A DNA stretch of 57,305 nt, filler included, from Sphacelaria rigidula (Eukaryota), in the NCBI GenBank assembly GCA_964200075.2. It is 8 parts of 8 records of this genome, joined end to end, with 100 filler letters (N's around TTAATTAATTAA, not from the genome) between each part and the next. Parts side by side here need not be neighbours in the genome. Positions count along the whole stretch, not along the records: positions 50,231 to 57,305 come from CAXNAA020016614.1; 7 more parts are not named here. One strand, written 5' to 3'. A program made the position numbers and the translations under genes. Shown here one piece after another: positions 51,104-57,305 of this stretch. Numbering within the stretch: the stretch's first letter is position 1; each line of letters opens with the position of its first letter. The notes beneath the pieces are model-generated. The model saw only the letters and a list, made by a program, of their open reading frames with translations. It was not told the DNA's origin and made no database searches.

Positions 51104-54100
51104 TACTATTACTATTATTATCACTACTATTTATTATTACTATTACTATTACATCATCATCAATAATATTATCATGATTATTAGCATTGTTGTAGTGATC
51201 ATTATCATTATTGTTAATACCATTGATATCATTAACTTCATTGTTACGATGATTTTCGTGCATTAGCCCGACGTCTCGAAACCGTGGTCACAGACGTAGG
51301 TTCGCCTTTCCAGCACCGTTACTAAAATTCCTCATATGAGAAAGCCCGTATTGAGTGTAAACATATACTCAATACCGTACAAGAAAACCAGATGACAAAA
51401 GCACTCGACAAGGGTATAATATACGTCACCTCAACGATTACAAAAAACATAAATATAAATGCTTGTGTTGACAATCAATAAAAAAAGCACTTTAGAGGTA
51501 CACCATCACTGGAATAAGAATAAAAAAAACAAAATATACAACGTACGCCTGTAGACAACTGCATGAGTATGACACAAACTGCGGGACCCTCATGCTGTAG
51601 CGCAATTCTTGAACTGTGATACTGCAGAGTTGAAAGAAGAAAAAATAACAGGGAGTACTCATAAAGGTTGACTTCGGACTTGGTCGTTGTTTGTTGATCG
51701 TTTGATCAGCTGAACCGGCATCATGTTTACTGCACGTGGAGCATGACTAGTCTAACTCAGGTAGTCAGATTCCCACGAGCTCGGAGGGGTAATGCCTGGC
51801 GTATGAAGTTACCCTTACTAAGGTGTGTGACGCTCAAGCTTAAGGCAGTCAGCCGGCGTGGGGAAAACAAGGGGCAACTGGGGGAAAATGTCAGACAGCA
51901 AAGAACGAAATGAAAAAAACGGGGGTGAAGCATTGAAGGCTTAAAAAAATGGACAAGGAAGAAAACGAACAAAAATACAGGAAACAAAAACACATGAAGA
52001 GAGCGAGACAGAGAGTAACAAGCGAAATAAAATAAATTGCAATAAGGGGGGAAAAACAGCTTGGAGGACAGAGAAAGAAAAATGCTACACCAAAACAAAA
52101 GTATGGATAGATGAAAAAACAACAAGTGAAGGAGAAGAAACAAGGATCATCGGCACAAACACAAGCGCGGACAATGAAGACAATCCTTGAAGGCAGTCAC
52201 CAATCTCGATTTTTGCGATCATCGGAGGGAAAAAAATCGGGGAACACATCCTATGGGCCCCGATTAGAACCGAATCGGGGGTGAAAAAATCGCGGTGTCA
52301 CGTTCTTAGAACGAGTTCCTCCGATTGTTTCGAAAAACCGGGGGAAAGCTGAGATCCCCTGGTTTTAAGGAGGCGACGTACGTGTATTGACGTACAATGG
52401 TAGGGTACGAAGCGGTTGATATTTTTGCAACCGCAGCAGAAGACCGTCGCGTGACAGCACAGGGCGTGCGTACTGCCTCCCCCAGCTGCTGAAGCAGCTT
52501 CACACGGGGCTTGACAAGCGGATAGGAAGTGCTAACGCTGTACCCTGCGGCGACGGTAGTATTTAATGCTGCACTGCGCTACCAAATGTATCACTATGAC
52601 GAACGGTACTGTACTCTCCTACTCTGTTGCCGCTGTACTTGCAGGGTGGTGTATGGCACTGCACTACTGAAGTCTGCTCGCGCACTGTTTATTCCCTGTT
52701 CTCGCACTACCGACTGTGCCATCATGTATTACCGCACGGCATTATCATGTACTGTAATGATGGGGTGTCCTGCACTGTATTGCACTTGGGTACCACGGTA
52801 CGACACTGTGCTTGAAGGATTATTCACCGTCTACCTGCTCTTCGGCTTTATGTACGGGTACGCGATACCACACTCACTCAGAAAACGACCGTCTGTGTAC
52901 AGCTCTGTTTCACAAATTTGTAATATTTACCATAAAACCGTCGCCCCCCATTCCGAGTTCGCGAATTTGAGTCCCCCCGATTTTGAATAAATAACAAAAT
53001 AAAAAAACGAGTTTCGTTGTCATAAAAAATGGTCAAACGAGAAAAAAAAACGAAATGAGAAAAATATATAAAAAGCCTGTATACTTCCACACCCTCCCAC
53101 CTGCAAGGGTGCGGTTGGCTTCACCATTTCAACTACCGTGTCGAACATGTTGGAAATGAACTGCCACTCTCCGATCTGAGCCATGGCGCTCATAGCCTTC
53201 CCTGCCACAGCACTGTAGAGGTCAAAAGGACAACAATGCAGCATGCATCATACAGGATAAGATAAATGAAAAACAGCCTCTCTTTTCCTCTGAAAAAAAG
53301 GAACAGTTGGACAGGCACGCATTCGACGTGTCCTTGTCGAATCAATCCAGGTTGCTTTGGGGGCGAACCGTTTCAAGCAGCTGCACAGGTATCGAAGGAC
53401 AGATGCAAAAAAGAGGTGGAAGGGGGGGGGGAGGGGGGGGGGAGCACGCTTTGATACAACAAGAACAATTGATTGAGTTCCCCGCCACTTCAGGAAAAGC
53501 AGAATCGCCGGAAATATACATGAAAACTTTTGGTGTCATGTCAATCCAGCGGATACTCTTCTCAGACCATTCTCACGAGCTTCACGAAGGCGAACAAATA
53601 CAAGTAAAATACGCAAAATGCAGAAAACGACAAGCGAGTACACGACCAACAAATGAGTACGCCCTCCCCCCCCTCGTGACTGCGAGCCTGGTCCGACGAG
53701 GACCCGGCGTGCTCCGTCTCGGTTAATGCAAGGTCAGTAGTCTCATGATTGCGGCATGCATGATCATCAGTACATCTCCCGTCCCGCTCCAGCTTGCCGT
53801 CCGCACAGATTGTTTCGAACAACCGCACAACAAAAGTGGCTGAGAACATCGGCAAACTGGCGATTGCCGGATCATGCTGACCATTTCCCGACAAGAACAG
53901 CCTACATGTCAACAAAGCTACAGAAGCCGGTGGCCATTTCGAAACATACTGCCGCACGCTTCGCCCCACATACATGGATGAAAACAAATGAAACAAAAGG
54001 GACTGAATTTGATCAGGTGGGCACCGGGAACTGCCAACCCAGAATGCAACACTGCCCTTGGGTCTCCGGAGGTGGTTTTGCCCTCGGCGTTCACCAACGT

Positions 54101-55123
54101 ATACGGGATTCAAAATCACGAACCATTTCGGTACCAATACTGCGGCGTTAGTAGTACACAAAACTTGAGAGAGAGATATTTCGGTGGAATGTTATTGTCG
54201 TACACCAGCTGACCCCCAAGGGGTGCCCCGGAGGAAAAATGAAGTCACGAAAGGTCGCTGTTGGCACAAATCAAAACGATCTAGCACATCGATACAATAT
54301 AACAACTCGATGCTGACAGGCTCTTAGTCCAGCGTCCATGTCCGTTCGTTCAGCGTCTTCCTAGTGCTCATTCTCCATTTTCTGCTCGAGATCCCCTCAT
54401 CAGGATTTTCTGGGTTTTCACCCCAAGTACGTCCATGTCATGACTAAAAATGGCCGGAGGCGTGGTGGATCAGTAATTGTGGGGCAACCAATGAACCGAC
54501 CAATTCATAAAAAAAAAACACTTTAACAACACCGACACCGCTACACATCATCAACACCAACCGCAACAACAACTTGGACGAGCTGATACACTCACAAATG
54601 ACACACCAACAGCAATGCTACAGTAGGGGTTGCGCCTTTTTGTAGCGAAAACGCTTCTCGTGGCTGCTTGGGATGTTGGACGGATCAATTTAGAGAATCG
54701 GCATCATTTTTTACTTGAAAGGACTGAAAATGATGCCGATTCATGAAAAGGCCCCTCATTGCAAACACCATGTTTCTGGGAGTCCGGTCTCCGGAGATTT
54801 GGGTTGCACAGTAAGCCCTCATATATATTTGGGCTCCTACAAAAAATGAACCTAGAAACAAAAGTGCAACCCCTACCGTAGCATTGTTCCCAACAGCAAC
54901 TACCAACAGTAACTCGGTCCAGTCTCTGTATGTCTGTACACACTTGAGTGGAGAAAACTCCGAATCCTCCGGGTCCAGCCGACCTTCCCTCCTTGGCCTC
55001 TCCAAGAAGTCGATCGCCTTATCCACGCTGCCTTCAGCAACGAGGGCGACACCAGTGGCTGAGATTGTCCACACGCTCGCCATACCCCGAGATAACGCCT
55101 CCTTATGTACCAGGATTGCCCAC
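50327..55123 (-). CDS. Multi-exon PPR-like helical-repeat protein, partial (candidate exons 55123-54944, 53212-53101, 52509-~52396, ~50853-50327)
   Basis: GT-AG bounded segments encode PPR-like helices: TISATGVALVAEGSVDKAIDFLE, KAMSAMAQIGEWQFISNMFD and LEVGVYEHTAALFACAGEGCGGSALAVLR. Phases are compatible, but the exon set is probably incomplete. Confidence 0.55.
50900..51260. repeat. (ATT/ATC)n low-complexity microsatellite
   Basis: Pure (ATT)n core ~51024-51099 with degenerate flanks. Confidence 0.95.
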
Positions 55124-55927
55124 CTGGCGAAACAGTTTGGGTGGGAAATATTTTGTTTCGGCACAAAAGAAGGATGAGAAAATATCCATGTATCACGACA
55201 AGCATACGCGATCATCGCACACAGTTACTTACTGAATGAGAAATCAAAAACAAAATTACGGAAAGGTGAGCAGGGGAACATCGCGACAACGATAGTGTTC
55301 AGCGATCTACACGCTTGAAATGAAGCACGCCTCTTCATTTAAAACGAAAAAAACTCATCCACAAAAAAAACGTGTGATTCACGAAAATCTCAGCTCTTTC
55401 CGGAAAAAGTCGATTGAAACAACGCTGAAGCACAAACACACAACCGCACAAAAACCTGGTAGTTGTTCAACTTTTCTTTTAAGAATTCACGTTGTCGACA
55501 AACCTCTGCACACCGTATTGGGAGGGGCGAAGTGTGACGTAGTTCGGGCAGGGGAGCAAAATAACTACAGATAAAGTGTGCCTTGGAAGACATCAAATCG
55601 GCGCTGGGCGAGGCCGCAATGAGCAAACACGCATGGTGCGTACTCTGTTGACGAGCGATTGGCACTCTCAACCCTCCAAATCTTCAAATCTCAAATCTCA
55701 GCTTCAACAGTAGACCCGACTTGAAGTAAACATGGATTCTTAGACGATGACAATTCGCATTTATCCTACTGTGATCCCTTTTCAGCCCGTATTCGGAGTA
55801 GCTGTCTGTTATAAAAACTTCGCGTGCGAAACATCGTCGATAGTGGAAGACGATTCGTATCTTGAAGGCACGACCCGCAAGACGACGGTTACCTGGCCAA
55901 CCTGCAGACTACGCAGTCAAACGCTGT

Positions 55928-56098
55928 ACCAACAGCCAAACATTAGACCAGTAGCCAAACATCAGACCGACAGCCAAACGTTACACCAATAGCCAAACAT
56001 TATACCAATAGTCAAACACTATACCGACAGCCAAACGTTACACAAACAGCCGAACATTCTACCGACAGCCGAACATTAAACCGACAGCCAAACGTCAT
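55928..56098. repeat. 19-bp minisatellite x9
   Basis: Unit accRaYagccaaacRttaN repeated head-to-tail. Confidence 0.92.
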
Positions 56099-56173
56099 AG
56101 CTTCAAGGACCGATATTCATAATCGAAAGAGAGTAACTACACTTTCGACATGCTCTGCAGGAGAGCACATGAC

Positions 56174-56559
56174 ACAGTAGACTTCACCACTCGGTAGATG
56201 ACAGATAGTTCTCGGAAATTCCCGGTTCGTGGACAGGTGCAGTATTGGATTTTAGTGTGAACACCGAAATCCGGATCTTTGAAGGGCACTATGCTCCTGG
56301 CGTGCTCCTAGCGTGCGCAGAACGCGTTTTTGTCTAATTCGGCGCCTGGGGCGCCGATTTGAGGTCTGGCAACGCACACTTCGCCTAGGGACTACGCTGC
56401 ACCCCCCTTGCCCGAGTGCTGTCGGTATGTCTTCGTTGGGGTTGGGGTTAGGATTAGGGTTAGGGTTAGGGTTAGGGATATATTCGAAATGCATCAGCAC
56501 CCGCACAAACCATAAATTTCTGGGAAATATCTGTCAACTACCGAGTGGTAAAGTCACCT
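56174..56559. mobile_element. hAT-like MITE carrying (TTAGGG)n
   Basis: ~60-bp inverted arms (56180-56240 versus 56497-56555), flanking 8-bp direct repeat CACATGAC and an internal telomeric tract at 56438-56477. Confidence 0.75.
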
Positions 56560-56719
56560 CACATGACGTGTACGAGTACAAAGACGGGTGGGTCAAAACA
56601 TGAAATATCCCGCAACATAATTTTAATGCAAGAGTTGCATGGAATCCTATGCGCACGGCGACGTTCATCTCGCCTCCTATTGCGTGACGTTTGGACAACA
56701 ACAAGTACTATTAACTTCC

Positions 56720-56985
56720 GCACATGCCCAGCAGTGGGGAGCGACTTTGCCGTGGGTACACAAAATTCAACTCAACGATCGACGAGAGAAAGGGCCTGCT
56801 GAACCCCTCTCGCGATAGAAATAAAGGCAAGCAATGAAGAAGGCAGGTGGGGCCCTAAAAACAAATAAAAAGATAAATAGCTCCTGTGTTAGCCTTCCTC
56901 CTGTGTGACCCCGGCTGGTGCGCCCACATATATCGAAAGGTGTAGACCGGCGTCCAGAACAGATGGGACGACAACACACACAAAC
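56720..56985 (+). mobile_element. 5'-truncated tRNA-SINE copy
   Basis: Body and 3' end homologous to 8800-9160; tRNA head missing. Confidence 0.85.
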
Positions 56986-57305
56986 GTCATGAAATAAGGG
57001 CTGGAAGGGGCCATAGGGTGGGGGTACGGGATAGGGGAGATGAATCCCAAACCTTTCCAATCACGGTCAATGTTGCACCAGGGTTCAGCGATCTCCAACA
57101 TGGAGGGTAAGAACCCTCTATATTTGCTTCGCCGATGTAGTATGACATGAAAAAAGACGGGAGCTTAGGTAGCACGGAACATCAAGCATCGAACAACGTT
57201 TTCGATTAAACATTGCGGAATGCCTGCTCAGGTATCGAAGCCCATAATCTTACACGCGCTGGATTATGACAGTAGAGTCATCCTACGATAGGGGGGGGGG
57301 TATTT

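Noticed and set aside
50799..51266. Poly-N, poly-Y and poly-I ORFs
   Set aside because: Translations of an (ATT)n microsatellite.
55928..56098. CRISPR- or iteron-like array
   Set aside because: Head-to-tail 19-mers with no spacers; an ordinary minisatellite.
56438..56477. True chromosome end
   Set aside because: Only ~40 bp, internal, and enclosed in a TIR element.

Overview
This window is not one locus. It is eight unrelated eukaryotic contigs of 7075-7076 bp, joined by identical 100-bp spacers (N44-TTAATTAATTAA-N44), so it is a size-sorted concatenation of unplaced contigs. The roughly balanced GC content, short GT-AG exons in long repeat-filled introns and TTAGGG repeats suggest a stramenopile, probably a brown alga (inference). 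Genes supported by the sequence: an intronless P-class PPR gene; the last exons of a SAM-methyltransferase-fold protein; a three-exon F-box-like/LRR gene built by an internal duplication; four exons of a CPYC-type glutathione S-transferase; an anticodon-domain exon of histidyl-tRNA synthetase; and scattered exons of a second PPR-like gene. Most of the remaining DNA is transposon-derived: a decayed non-LTR retrotransposon and a SINE-like partner that share a 3' end and sit in C-tracts, a tRNA-derived SINE, hAT- and mariner-type MITEs, foldback elements and mini/microsatellites. There is no CRISPR array or operon-like system. The best leads are the C-tract LINE/SINE pair, the LRR exon-intron duplication, the PPR array, and MITEs carrying tRNA-like or telomeric sequence.
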